Below are positions 41,980 to 54,445 of a DNA stretch of 64,000 bases, one piece after another; positions within the stretch are counted from its first letter, which is position 1; every line of letters begins with the position of its first letter. The stretch comes from Convolutriloba macropyga (taxonomy: Eukaryota), in contig NC_134469.1 in NCBI RefSeq assembly GCF_964194025.1, forward strand, positions 58,838,001 through 58,902,000. The letters run 5' to 3'. A model generated the notes under the pieces. It saw only the letters and a list, made by a program, of their open reading frames with translations. It searched no databases and had not been told where the DNA came from. A program made the translations under genes and the position numbers.

Positions 41980-44900
41980 AACAAGGAGGCTCGGTAATGT
42001 GCGATCGCACATTAAGTTCCGACCCCGCTCATATACATTTTTCACTTAATTGTCTACTAAATGAGGAAGAGATAAAAAAATTAACATATCAACATATCGT
42101 TCAACAAACTAATAAAAACAATCTACTCTACAGGGCCTAGGAGACCTGTGGCTACCATAATATGACTATCAGAAAAGACGGCAAAAAAATCAAAAACTTG
42201 TCCATTTTTTGAAAACCACTAATAACCAAAACAAAATAATCAGATAAAATTTATACTAAGAAGATTAACCCGTACTTTTTGGAACAAAATATGGGTCTTT
42301 TCCTCAAGGCAATTTGGCAACAAGTCGGCTAGAAATGAGCAAAAGCGGCAAAATTTTAATAAAACATTGCTTTTTTTTAATAAAAAGAACTAAATTCGAA
42401 CTGATTAGAACATTACGCATCAAATGAAATCATTGAGAGAGTCTTTTATACCTCAATAGAGAGGGACTGAAGCCTTTCATTATCCAGGATATGTCAGACG
42501 ACTACAAAAAGAACAACAAATACAGGCAAAAACGAAAAATTTGCAAAAAAAAATTATGCACGAAAACGATGTCCCCCAATCAATTAAATATTAAGCTGAT
42601 CACTAAAAACAATAAACATCTTCGTTTGCATTTTTTTGCAGGTGACAACGTTTGTAAGTCAAGAGACGCCCATTATTGTGATACTGTGAAAAGAAAACAA
42701 AAACCTACAAAGGGGCAAATTTGCAAAAATCACGAAAATTGGTTTTATGAAAACTGGTTGTTCCAAGAAGAAAGACCAATTGAGGAAAATAAAACCGTTA
42801 TAAGGAGGAAATTGTATTTCAAAAGATAAACCAGGTGAATTGTATATAGAGATGCTTAGCTGAAATTTAACAGAAATAAAATTGGCATATCTCAAAAATC
42901 TATCTCTTTTTTAATTAAAAACAAATATTTTCAAAATTCATAGCCAACAAAAGCTTTCGACTAAAAGAGTAGACAGTTTGACTTTTAATTAATCGGAAAA
43001 ATAATTGCGACTGTTATTAATAAGACAAAATCATAAGACTATAAAATAACATTAAATACAAGCTGAACTAATAAGTTTCAAACAACGTTACGAAACCAGT
43101 TTTGAAGCCATTAAATTTATAAGATATTAACGGCGAGAACATAACATCTTCATTTGCGTCTCTTTTGATTATCATAACATCTTTTTGTAAAACGAATATC
43201 ACAAAATGACAACAAAAAGAACCACAAAAACTGAAATGCATCTAATCTTCACAAAATTCTTCTGAAACAAATTGTCTAAGCCCAGGAGACATCATTTGAA
43301 AAGTTTAAACAAAAAGATTATTGTTTGATTCAACAAAACATTAAAAAGAGCTCTAAATAATGAGACTAATTTACGAAAATGATACAAAATGGAAAAAATA
43401 CGAAAAAAAAACGCAAACCAGAACAAAAAGGGATAAGTTGAAGAATACTATTACTCTTTTTTCTAGAAAATTACTTCGAAAGTCAAAACAGCCATTAGTT
43501 ATTTACCGATATCAGTTATTTAAGTTCAATCGTTTATCTATAGTTGGCCATTGAGACTTTTATTTACACAATATTTCGCAAATCGCAACAAAAACTAACA
43601 ACAGATACAGGGCAAAAGTAAATAAAAAACTTTATAAATTTCTGCAAGAGAACGGTGTCGCAGCCCATCAAACCATATGTTATGAAAACAAAAATTATGT
43701 TCAGTTTCAAATGCTGTAAAGCTTTTTTCAGTTAGATTATTAAATAATTTGACAATTTACAAAAGAAACAAAAACAACAGCAAAAATAGGCAATTAAGCA
43801 CAAAAATCAGAAAATTTTGTATGAAAACTCGTACTACCAAAAGCAAGAAAACCTTCTGATAAAATAATCGGCCACAAAATTAGTTTTCATTCTATAAGGA
43901 GGAAAGGTTGACATGTACTCATTGAGAATAAGCAAAATGTTGACTAAAATAATATAAAAAATTGACAAGTTCAAAAAATCAGAAATTTCCTTGAAACAAA
44001 TACATTCAATAACATAAGAGACATTAGGTAACAACCGAATGAATAGAAAAGGTTCATTTGCACCTCTTGAGGAAGAAATTTAGATCTTTGAGTGGTTAAT
44101 CTTAAAGATCAGACTGCCAAAAGAGTAACAATTAAAGGCAAAAGACAAGAATTCAGTTAAATTTTACTAAAACTCTTCCTCAAAGCCATAAAAACCCTTT
44201 GGTTCTCTGAAAACAAACTTTATCTACATTCGGCCTCAAATTTAAGCAAATTGGAGCTGTCATTAACGGAGCCGTGATTTAAAAATATTGTCATTAAATG
44301 ATATTAACAAAAGCAAAATATTTTGAAAAAGGCAGAATCGAAATAAAAACCAAAAAGTCTCTGATTCTAAGAGTCCATGATATTATCGAACCTCTCCCTC
44401 CTTTTGCCGCGCGCCCAGCAAACCGACCAAGTTTTCCAAGTATTTGCGAATTAGACCAATTGTTGAGTGGAATTCTTAAATTAATAAAAAATGCATTTTG
44501 TATAATTATCGAGTTAATTCTGCAAAAAACGGCAAAGTTTTAATTTCAGAAGACCTTCATGCGGCGCCTAAGAGTCCATGACATTATTGAACCTCTCCCT
44601 GATTTTGCCGCGCGCCCAGTAAACCGACCAAGTGTTCCAAGTATTTGCGAATTAGACCAATTTTTGAGTGAAATTCTTAAAATACTGAAAAAAAATGCAT
44701 TTTGTATAATTATCGAGTTAAATCTGCAAAAAACGCCAAAGTTTTAATTCCGGAAGACTTTCATGTGCCGCCTAAAAGTCCATGATAATATTGAACCTCT
44801 CCCTGATTTTGCCGCGCGCCCAGCAAACCGACCAAGCGTTCCAAGTATTTGCGAATCAGACCAAATGTTGAGTGGAAATCTTAAAATATTGAAAAAAAAA

Positions 44901-45512
44901 TACATTTTGCATAATTATCGAGTTAAATCTGCAAAAATTGGCAAAAGTTTTAATTCCAGAAGACTTTCATGTGCCGCCTAATTCCAACTAGCGCTCTTTT
45001 TGAGATTCGGGAGTCTGTGTTAGCGTTTCTAGGTTACTAAGTATGGCAAACTTTAACAAATTGGACCAAAAAAGCGTATTTTGTGTGCCATTTTTGATGA
45101 GAAGTTTGAAATTTGAAAACTTCAAAACTTTAGCCAAAAAACAACTTCAATCAAACAATTTAGCAACGCTCTTCTCTCTCTCTCTCTAACAGTAACAACA
45201 AAACTCTGCCGTTAAAAATTTTAACTTCCTTTGAATTGCATTAGCGAAATTAAATCAAATTTTAGCAAAAATTACTGAAAATGTGAACAAAAACAGTCGA
45301 ATGTTCACAAAAACTTTAAACCTCGATAATTCTCTGTTAAACACGAAAATCGAAAAAAAACTTTTCAATTCCGTATTCTACGCTGGATGGGCTTTTAATG
45401 ATACCACTCACAATTCTCTACGATGAATATATCGGTCGGCCAAAATTGACTGAACAAAAAAACCCAGTTGAGTATATAGTCCCTCCCTCCCCACTAAAGT
45501 GGGGGTCGGAAC
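41980..45512 (+). mobile_element. Full-length HINE copy 3
   Basis: Same termini as copy 2. Confidence 0.88.
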
Positions 45513-46300
45513 AAAAAAGGCGCAAAACAAGGAACGTATCAAAAACTTGAAAATCAATATAGCGAGCCAAAAAGCTGTGATTTGGTAATGTCATGCAACT
45601 GAACGACTCCGGCATTCGAAAGCAACTCAATAAACAAACAGGAGTTCAAAACCAAAAATTTCCAATTCTTTATAGAAAAAAGCATTTTCAGAAAGACTTC
45701 AGAACAGCTAGCTGCAACTTTAAGCAACTTGGACAAAAATTATCATAAAAACATGCAATATCTGTTAATAGCATGAATTAGAAAAACGCCACGAAACAAC
45801 AGCAACATAAAAAAAACTTTCACTTCAAATATTACAACAGTGGTGTCGCAGTCATCTTTCTGGAATATTTTTGCATTAATATCCCCGACAAGGTATTGCA
45901 AAACGTGTGAATATCCGCCCTTGACAAAAACTGAATTTTTTGGAAAATATGTTTTAAAAATTTTATCTGCAAATCCGTCAACTAAATTCTGTACCTGTTG
46001 CCTTCAATATTTTTATGGCTGCACAAGTCCATTCCACGGATATTTCGCCAATTTGCCGCCTATATTTTTATAAGACCCGTCTTTTTATTTTCCAATCAAA
46101 ATGTTAAGTCTTCTCCGCAGAAACGAAATTCAAAAATCCATTTGCAGAGAAATACTTTCTCTGCATTCAAGTTACAATGGATATTGTGACCGTCGATTGG
46201 CCAGAAAAAGTCAGGTTAGCATGGAGATCGTCATTACATGAGGTCGAAAACGGGTACATAGGTGACATAAGGCTGGCATGAAAATAAAAGAAAGCGCTTT

Positions 46301-48899
46301 TTGTTCCGACCCCACTTGTGGGGGAGGAACTATATACTCAAATGGTTATTTTTTGTTCAGACAATTTTGGCCGATCGATATATTCATCGTAGAGAAATGT
46401 GAGTGGTATCATTAAAAAGCTCTTCCAGCGTAGAATTCAAAATTGAAAAGTTTTTTTCGAATTTCGTTTTTTCGAAGAGTTATTGAGGTTTAAAGTTTCA
46501 TGTGGACACGGGCTATTTGGTTCACTTTTAGCGTATTTTTGTTCGAATTAACATTTTTTCAAAATTACCTTTTACGCTACCAAATGCATCAATTTGGTGT
46601 TCCTAACAGACAGAAGGCAATTAAAAAGACTAATTCGGGTCTCAAAGGGAAATTAACTATCGATATTTACTTTCGAATTCTATTTGAGAGCTGGTTTTTT
46701 TAGGATAATTTTTATATTTTTTTGTTTTTTAAATCACTAAAAGAGTAGTCACCTTTCATATCGAGCTTCCGTTAATGACAAACCTCATTTACATTCCAAT
46801 GACGCCCAATGAACAGAAAAGTAGCTTTCAAGGAATCGCTCGTATTTTTTGGCTTCGACACAGTGTTGGTAATTTTTAATGAAATTTTGATTTTTAAAGT
46901 CCTATGCCATAGACACGTTGACTAGAAGTGCAATAGTCTTCCTAATGAGCATTAAGGGAACCTATCTAGTGCTTTGAGTGGACAACTAATGATTGTTAAG
47001 ACATTAAAAATAATTTTTCAAAGTCTTTGTTGAACGTAAGCCGATCTTAAACTTATTTTTGCGAACTCTAAGTCATTTTCAGTAATGAGAGTTCCACTGT
47101 AAATTGTGTTGAAACCAACATTAATCTACTGTAAATTGTGTTGAAACCAAGATTAATCTAGCTAGTTGTTTTATCTTCAATTATTTGCTTTATTTATCTT
47201 CAATTATTTGACGCAATTATATGACTTCAATGCGTCGAGATTCCATACATTTTCTTAAATTTTTGGATAATTTTATTGTAATTTAGTTTCCTTTTGGAAT
47301 CTTATCGCATAATCCTTATATTGATAGTTTCCATTGACTCAGAGAAGACGCTTAAAGAACCAAGGATAAAGTTTTCAGAGAAGCTTTTGGATTAAATGGC
47401 TTCGACGCTTTCTTCTCGCACTCTTCTTATGAAATTTTTGGTTTGTCTGTATTTGCTATTGTTTTCATAGTCATAAGACTTATTTTGATTTCTTATTGCT
47501 GACTGGTCAAAGACAAACAACATTGTCTTCGCATTGAGGCATAACGTAGCGTATTTATTGAATGTAATGTCGTTGATACTACGGGGTTTCTCAAAGATTT
47601 CGTGGTTTCAAAATATTTGGTCATATTTATTGATTTTTTGAAGTCTTATAGGTAAAAAAAGCGGAATCCTATTGTTGTTAAGAAAAAAAATGAAGATAGA
47701 AGTGCTTGATCGGAAAAATTGGTTTTTAATGGCTTCGACATTTTTGTTCTTTATGTAGTCGTGAAGTGCTGAGAGGTCTCATGAGCCTCTAATTGACAAC
47801 TGATTGAATGAATGATATTCCTCTATGCAGTTAGTTCATACCAAATAGTCTTAAAGTTTATGGTATTATTCATTTTCAATTTTTTTATTTTTTCGTTTTT
47901 ATATTTGTATTGTTTTTTGGATAGTTTTTGCTGTTCTTTCAGTCAACTTGTAACTAATTCTCATCAATCAGAGGTCCCATCCAACTGCTTGTAATTCAAA
48001 AATTAAACTTTCTATTCATATTTTGTCGTAACTGATGTTTTGTTTCTGGGGAAGATATGCGTTTTCATAAAAATTTTGTGAGTTGTCAATATTTGTTTTT
48101 TTCTCTTCTTTTACCACGTTCGCTTAACAACAGAGCCCGAATATTTTCAAACGAGGCCCAAGTGAACTTATTTAATCGTTCAGTATTATTTTAGCTCAAT
48201 TAGTATAGATTACAATTGAAATAAAAAAAACTATTTAGATAATAGCTAATGATTTTAATGGTCTCAATGATTTGGGTTTTCGCAGATTGTCTGTAATTTC
48301 ATGATCTTTCGTCCGTGTCTGGCCGTGTCTGTTGCTTAGTCTACCCAAAGACAGATTTTATCAGTTTCGTAATGATATTATAGTAAGTTTATCGAGAACT
48401 ATTTTGTTAAAAGCTAATTTTTTTAAGACAAGACGTTTGAAATAGTTTGGTATAAAAGTGTTGATAGTATTGAATTCCACCTCATTATTTTTTCTTTTTA
48501 TTTGCTACCTAGTCTTATTATGGAAAAGTGCCATCTGCTGTTTACTTACGGTGAAGGAAAATTTGTGCAGTTAAGGTTTCATCTGATTGCATTTTGACGT
48601 TGTTTACTAGTTGCTTTTACATTTAGATATCGAGTTTTTGCCGTTAATTTTTTAGTTTTGCTTATTTTGTAAACAAAATATTTTGTAAACAAAAGTCTTT
48701 TTATTGGAAGATCTTTTCAGCGCTGTTATGAGGCATGGCATTATGTAATTCAATTAGTAGTTTGGGTGTGAAACGATTTCTTAAAACTCAAACATCTATT
48801 TTTGATTATCTCTTCATTTGATTGACAATTAAGTCAAAAATGTAGATCAGCTCGGGTCGGAACTTCATGTGCGAACGCACATTAACGAGCCTCCTTGAC
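46301..48899 (-). mobile_element. Full-length HINE on the minus strand (~2.6 kb); its first ~200 bp is also present in each array unit (36941-37144, 41623-41826)
   Basis: 3' terminus ttgttccgaccccacttgtggggg at 46301; 5' terminus (reverse complement) caaggaggctcgttaatgtgcgttcgcacatgaagttccgaccc at 48854-48897. Confidence 0.85.
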
Positions 48900-49193
48900 T
48901 ATTTTGTTTTTAGTCATGAAAAACTTTCAATTCCAATTTTCCAAAACCTTCCACACGTAAACAAATTTGCTTCCAAATTCGGTAGACTTTGGCAGCTTCT
49001 TTCAAGCCAAATGCTGATGCTTTTATAACTATAATTAATTTTCAATGATTATGTTTTCTGAAAGACCGTGAACCTAAAATTTTTCCCGCGAATGAAAAAA
49101 AAATGTTTCAAATTCTAATCTATTTAGATTTTTAAAAAACAATTAGTTCCTCATTCAAAAGCAGTAATTAAATAACTGTGTATAACTTCAGTG

Positions 49194-50849
49194 TCACACA
49201 AAGCATCCATTGACTTTCTTGGCATAGGAAAAGGTTATTGTTAATGTTCCAAAGTCAGGCGACGATTCTTTCCACTCTATTAAACAAGGAACATGTTGAG
49301 TTGTAATTGGGTGTCGTCCAACGACAACTTGCGAGGAAAAGAAGGAAGGCTTCAGCTTTTGGAATTTCACTTTTCCAGAAGCATCTGCGCTTTCATTCCC
49401 GTTTTCCCATGCCTGATTCTCGTTGTTAAGAGGCGAATCGCTTGGCAACTCTGCTTCCGATTCGTCGTCGAAACATCCCTGCATCATTCTCTCTATTTTC
49501 ATTTTGCTAACTTCTATTGCACCATCTTTAGCATCCATCATGAAAAACTTCTCTAAACTCAACTTTGGACCGTATTTCTCTCTCAAATGATCGTCAGTTA
49601 AAGTCATAAAATGGTTGAAGGTTCTCGAACCTAAAATCTCCCAATGCTTCTTTTTACCTCCCTTGTATCCACTGACGGTGACAGTGGGAGCAATCGGTTT
49701 CCACTCATTGCCAAACTTTCCGATTATTCTCCTCTCTAGAGCCAAAAATATAGATGTCGGAATATGAGTTTCAATTAAAGCCTGACCTATTTTCGATTCT
49801 GTTAAGGGTTGCATAGCTTCGCGCATTAAATGAATCAAATTGCAAATGTAAAGATCAGGTGAGATCGGTATACTTGCCAAAACATTTTTGCCTATATTGA
49901 GCTCTTCTGAAGTTTCAGTTTCAAAACTTGGTTCACAGTGAATTTCTTTCAATTGTTTGTTCTCCTCCTCTTGTTCTTGAGACCAGACTTCTGTCGCATC
50001 TCCCCGGGCCTCCGCTTCCACTACATCTTGCAAGAACAGGTGGCAAAATTTGGCAGTTACTTTGATTCTCTCTCGGCAGTTGAAATCTGATAGAAAAGCG
50101 GCTAACAGAAGATAAACATGGTAGCAGACTCGAATCTGACCACAGATATCATCGTAACAACTTGTGGTTCCCGATTCCAGGAATGACTCACACGAACAGT
50201 AATATTCCTTTTTAAACAAATTGAATGAAACGAAAGATACTCCGTGAGGTTCTGTCGTAGATTTTGGACCAAACACTGCGTAAGTGGATCTGTCAATCTT
50301 TTGCACTGGTTGTGCAGAAAAATTAAAGCCAGCAGACAGCTTTTTGGCGGTGGTTAAATTGATAATTATGGATTCCGGAATTGAGGGTATTTTAGAGAAA
50401 ATGTACTCCCAGTGCAATGCAAGACATTTCGATTGCGCTGGTTTACCTTGTGCACATGAAGGCCCATGCTGACATGTTACAGGACCATTTTGTGCCGATC
50501 TCTTTGCCATACATGATGATAAGTAACAAAACACTTTAAACATGGGCACTTCGGCCCCATTGAATACATCTTGCTCCAACACTACAATGCCATATACTTC
50601 TTTGGAATCGACTTCATCTGCTACCGCAAATATTCTCTGCGAGGTATTGCCACAACAGTTCTGAAGTTCGACAACTTGTCTTTTTTGACGCGCACTACTT
50701 ACATTAGTACTACTGGACGTGTTATCTAAAATCTCGTTAATTCGACACCTTTTACATGCTTTAGCACGCATTCCCATGTACTCTTCGCATCCTGTGTTTG
50801 AACAACGTTTCAAACCTCTCAGAGTCGCTTTTGAACCTAAATGGTCCAT
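49194..50849 (-). CDS. C2orf42: C2orf42-like protein (N-terminal zf-tcix-type zinc finger, central SWIM-like CxC..CxH), intronless, 551 aa
   Basis: The N-terminus LGSKATLRGLKRCSNTGCEEYMGMRAKACKRC matches the C2orf42 LGKATLRGIRKC..G.R..SCK pattern. Also YYCSCESF..CYHVY and a C-terminal LIEW..FGTLTITFSY. Confidence 0.82.
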   Translation of the reverse strand: MDHLGSKATLRGLKRCSNTGCEEYMGMRAKACKRCRINEILDNTSSSTNVSSARQKRQVVELQNCCGNTSQRIFAVADEVDSKEVYGIVVLEQDVFNGAEVPMFKVFCYLSSCMAKRSAQNGPVTCQHGPSCAQGKPAQSKCLALHWEYIFSKIPSIPESIIINLTTAKKLSAGFNFSAQPVQKIDRSTYAVFGPKSTTEPHGVSFVSFNLFKKEYYCSCESFLESGTTSCYDDICGQIRVCYHVYLLLAAFLSDFNCRERIKVTAKFCHLFLQDVVEAEARGDATEVWSQEQEEENKQLKEIHCEPSFETETSEELNIGKNVLASIPISPDLYICNLIHLMREAMQPLTESKIGQALIETHIPTSIFLALERRIIGKFGNEWKPIAPTVTVSGYKGGKKKHWEILGSRTFNHFMTLTDDHLREKYGPKLSLEKFFMMDAKDGAIEVSKMKIERMMQGCFDDESEAELPSDSPLNNENQAWENGNESADASGKVKFQKLKPSFFSSQVVVGRHPITTQHVPCLIEWKESSPDFGTLTITFSYAKKVNGCFV

Positions 50850-50877
50850 TGAGTTTTAGGGGCTAACTATGACCTAT

Positions 50878-50888
50878 CTGAAAGAGAC
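50878..50888 (-). promoter_or_regulatory. Unpaired acceptor (TCTCTTTTCAG) 28 nt upstream of the C2orf42-like ATG; candidate trans-splice site
   Basis: Lies only 52 nt downstream of the AP5B1 stop, with no usable donor in between. Confidence 0.65.
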
Positions 50889-50930
50889 GTGGAGCATAAT
50901 TTCAATTTCATGGGTAATTTTAAAAAGAAG

Positions 50931-53777
50931 CTAGCTGAAAAAGCTACGATTGAATGTGCGATACAGATTTTCCAAAGATATCAAGAAGCTAGTAAGGAAA
51001 GGGCAAAGCTCATTGTTTGATATGACACAATGAAATATGACAAAATCATGCTGATGGATAATTTGAATGAGTAAATGGCACTCGGGAGGCAGAAATATGC
51101 CTAGTGCTATTTTAGATTCATCTTTGCCACTATTTGAAGACTGTTCCTTCATTGGAATCAAACAATCTGCGTGTAATAGTCTCTGTAGAATAGTCTTCAA
51201 ATCATCAAACTTTCCTTGATGTTCAACGCTGTAAATGAGATCAGCGGCTGAATTGTCTGCAAATTGGATCTGATCCTTGAACAAATCCCAAAGACCTTGA
51301 AACAAGTCTGGTCTCAAAGACGGGGAACAATAAAAAGGTAAACAATAGTCGTGGAACCTAACTGGAATACTGCTAACAGGGGAAGAACATGTAGTCAGTT
51401 GTTCGTCAATAGCCACACAATTCAACTTCAGGTCAAACTCTTTAACTTCGTGGACCTCAGCCTCAACTTCCAAAATTTTAGACGACTCATTCGCTAAATA
51501 ATCCAAACTCAATTTTGTGGTCTCTGGTCGAATAGAAAGGCTCGTACCAATATCAACAGTAAACTCTAGCGCGTAAAATTCAGTGGTTTCTGATTCGAGA
51601 TTTATCGACGTTTCAAAAAGCAAATGAATTGTTTGAGGCTTCTCGGTGAAGTCTAGGTACTCATTTACATCTTGAATTCTGGAGAAGAAACGCTTCACAT
51701 TCTTTGACATCAGTTTGATGTCTTCAGAATAGTACTGATTAGGGGTACTTTTCAATACGCAAATTGTGTCTAAATCAAGTAACTCACGTTCCGCTTCATA
51801 TACAACGTTTGTTGCACCGAAGAATGTACTGTTATGAGCAGCAATAAACGTTTCGAACTGTGCCTTTGAAGGACGCACATCTCTTGGCACGCTTTGAAAA
51901 AAGTGTCCTAATTTTTTTGGCGCTACTGTTGATGATAGATTAAGGTACAAGGATGCATTATCTCTCACAGCCTCGTTTCTGAAGTTGCTGACCACATATT
52001 GTAGCAAGCATATCACTTCAGGACAATAATTCTCTCTTCTTTCGGATTCCAACACATTGTGGAAGATCTCGACCAACCCATTGCCTACGTCATTCGAACC
52101 CTGGTAACATACCTCCGATAACATCAATGACTTTTCGAGTAACTCAAGGAACCCATCCAAATCGGCACTCGATTTTGAAGCAACCAACGACATCAAAGGC
52201 AAGTAGTCTGCGAAAAATGGCAGGAATTGATCGAATGAGCAGTTAGCAATCGATTCACTGAACGAACTCAAACACGAATCAGGGAAACTACTCTCGGGAC
52301 GCAGCTTCCACATACTTTTCAACAACTGCGTTATTGGAAGACAAAGAAAGGAATGCTTCGCGCACAGGTCCAGTACTATAACCTTGATTGCAGACTCGCA
52401 AGAACCGTGATACATGAAAGCTTGCAGTAGCACTCGAAATACAGCATGATGCACAAAATTTATAGCCTGTCTGTCAATTTGCTTTGTAAAGAGTTTAAGT
52501 AAGCTGAAGAAGTGGTGGTTGATTCCACAGCTCTCAACCGTATATGTGATTTCAACAAATTTGCACACTTTCTCAAGCAGCACCGCATTTCGATCGGGCA
52601 ATCTTGGTTGAAGTGTGCTCTTGGCTACGTCCAATTTTCCAAGTTTACCAACCAGAGCAGCTAATTTTAGGTACCATATATTGCTGATGTAAGACCTAAA
52701 GTTCAATCTTGCACTTTTTTCAAAGTTGTCAAGCAATTTTTGTGCAATGCTGGAAGAATTCCTGATGCAATATTGGAAAATTAGAACAGCGACAAGATTC
52801 GCGGCTAGGGAGTCAAGTTTCGAGAGATGAGTCACTGTATCTGCTAAGAGTCCTCCATCGTCAAAGAAGCCATAAAACAATTTGACTTCACTTAAGTAAC
52901 TCAACATTTGCAGCTGGACGGGTGTCTCCAGTTGGAACCATTGCTCGAAGCATAGCTTGCATATAACATTGACATCTTCGTTGTGACTAGAATATTGTCC
53001 ATTCAAGTCAAAATAAGTGAAGAAGCTACTAGCAGTTCCACAATTGAAACCCTTCAGGTCTGCTTTTGAGCCTCTGAGTAAGACATAAGTAATTCGGCGC
53101 TGGGTAAACTCGGGCGATTTAACAATACGTTTCAAAAAATTTCTGACACCCAAAATCATAAGTAGATTCCATAATTGTTTGTTGGGTCCCAAATGCGTTT
53201 TATAATCCTCGTAAAGTACACTCAAGTATGGCACCAAACAGCCAGGAATCGCCCTTTCTAGTTCTAACAAACATTGCAACACGTTGTTTTCAACCGCGTG
53301 GCCAAGAGTTTGCTTCGAATCTTGCGTAAGAAATTTGATCAACGTCTGGATCAGTGGAACTTCAAGCTTTCTTTCGCAACCAACACTTTTCTGAGAACTT
53401 ACAGTTGCACTTCTACTCCGGTCCCCTTCTGTTACCTTGATTTCATCTTGAAAAGACGTAACAACTGTCGTACACGTAATTAAATAGGCCACTAAGACAG
53501 ATGGCTTAACCACATCCGAGTTTCTTATGAGACGCTTGATAATTAATGAGATGACTTTTTCAGCCTCATCCGGGCCAGAGAGAATATCAGTGCAATATTC
53601 CCCCAAGTACTCGACGAGTCGTATCCTGCCGAAGACTGTATTGTTATCTTTTCCACCATCCTCTTGAAGTAAATACTGTAGAATGTCATTCAATAAATCT
53701 TCTTGACGATAAACTTTGGATAGTACTGAGGGAAAACTGTGTCTAGAATTCAGAATTCTTTCATAATCAATCAGCAT
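50931..53777 (-). CDS. AP5B1: AP-5 complex subunit beta-1, intronless, 948 aa
   Basis: Long helical-solenoid ORF with LQCLLELERAIPG, VRDNASLYLNL and the C-terminal GIFLPPECHLLIQI; these resemble the conserved AP5B1 segments (CLxELE..PG; RD.A.LY..L; xLPP..LLL). Confidence 0.8.
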   Translation of the reverse strand: MLIDYERILNSRHSFPSVLSKVYRQEDLLNDILQYLLQEDGGKDNNTVFGRIRLVEYLGEYCTDILSGPDEAEKVISLIIKRLIRNSDVVKPSVLVAYLITCTTVVTSFQDEIKVTEGDRSRSATVSSQKSVGCERKLEVPLIQTLIKFLTQDSKQTLGHAVENNVLQCLLELERAIPGCLVPYLSVLYEDYKTHLGPNKQLWNLLMILGVRNFLKRIVKSPEFTQRRITYVLLRGSKADLKGFNCGTASSFFTYFDLNGQYSSHNEDVNVICKLCFEQWFQLETPVQLQMLSYLSEVKLFYGFFDDGGLLADTVTHLSKLDSLAANLVAVLIFQYCIRNSSSIAQKLLDNFEKSARLNFRSYISNIWYLKLAALVGKLGKLDVAKSTLQPRLPDRNAVLLEKVCKFVEITYTVESCGINHHFFSLLKLFTKQIDRQAINFVHHAVFRVLLQAFMYHGSCESAIKVIVLDLCAKHSFLCLPITQLLKSMWKLRPESSFPDSCLSSFSESIANCSFDQFLPFFADYLPLMSLVASKSSADLDGFLELLEKSLMLSEVCYQGSNDVGNGLVEIFHNVLESERRENYCPEVICLLQYVVSNFRNEAVRDNASLYLNLSSTVAPKKLGHFFQSVPRDVRPSKAQFETFIAAHNSTFFGATNVVYEAERELLDLDTICVLKSTPNQYYSEDIKLMSKNVKRFFSRIQDVNEYLDFTEKPQTIHLLFETSINLESETTEFYALEFTVDIGTSLSIRPETTKLSLDYLANESSKILEVEAEVHEVKEFDLKLNCVAIDEQLTTCSSPVSSIPVRFHDYCLPFYCSPSLRPDLFQGLWDLFKDQIQFADNSAADLIYSVEHQGKFDDLKTILQRLLHADCLIPMKEQSSNSGKDESKIALGIFLPPECHLLIQIIHQHDFVIFHCVISNNELCPFLTSFLISLENLYRTFNRSFFS

Positions 53778-54230
53778 AATTAACGCAGTGTTGTGATCAA
53801 ATCCTAGCCTAATTTTAAACGTTTGTTAGCCACCTTCATTCTGCACAATTCATAAAATTCTAGCTTTACGTCTATTAGCTCAACTCACTGCATGCTTAGA
53901 TGTTCTACTACTGACACACGCTTAACCATGTAACTTCGAACTTCTAATTGTTCATGACAAACATTAAACTTGACAAACCAATTTAGCATTTAATGACCAC
54001 CCACAAAGACATTGCCTAATTTCAACATAAAGGCTAGCAAAGGTAGAAATCGCAAAAGTTGCCATGCATTCTATTACAACTTGAATTCTACGATGACACG
54101 AAAACAACTGACTGCTTCGAGGCCTGAATGTTGTTCTAAAAATGGACAGTGCCTGTTAGGAAAAGTTTCAATTAAACAAAATATAGCTCGCTAAGGTATT
54201 AGTTGTTGTTGGGGATTTTCTTTACAGAAA

Positions 54231-54445
54231 GGATTTCACCCCCACATCACCCCCAGTTTAACTGGTTTAACTGGGTGCCCTCACATCACCCCCAGTTTAA
54301 CTGGGTGTATATTAGTAGCAACCTCCCCCCCCCCCCTGATCCACGTGCCATATTTTTACATAATGAATTACTATGTAATGGCACGTGCTTTGTAACTGGG
54401 GGTGCATAACATAGTGGGGGGGGGGGGCACAAATGGAAAAGATCC
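54231..54445. mobile_element. MITE-like element (GGAT..ATCC ends, internal inverted repeats), related to 9221-9373
   Basis: Right end gggggcacaaatggaaaagatcc; internal cacccccagtt/aactgggggtg and cacgtgccat/atggcacgtg inverted pairs. Confidence 0.55.

Larger units (their letters stand above)
32645..46504. repeat. Tandem array of ~3 near-identical ~4.68-kb units (HINE(+) + ~790-bp spacer + ~200-bp inverted HINE 3' end + ~150-bp flank)
   Basis: Unit junctions after gtttcatgtg at 37144, 41826 and 46504 (periods 4682 and 4678). The ORF track repeats at the same period. Copies differ only by scattered SNPs and homopolymer indels. Confidence 0.97.

Noticed and set aside
33106-46189. Sets of 60-120 aa ORFs repeated three times
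   Set aside because: They arise from the 4.68-kb DNA repeat. Homopolymer indels break them between copies, and they show no recognisable domains.
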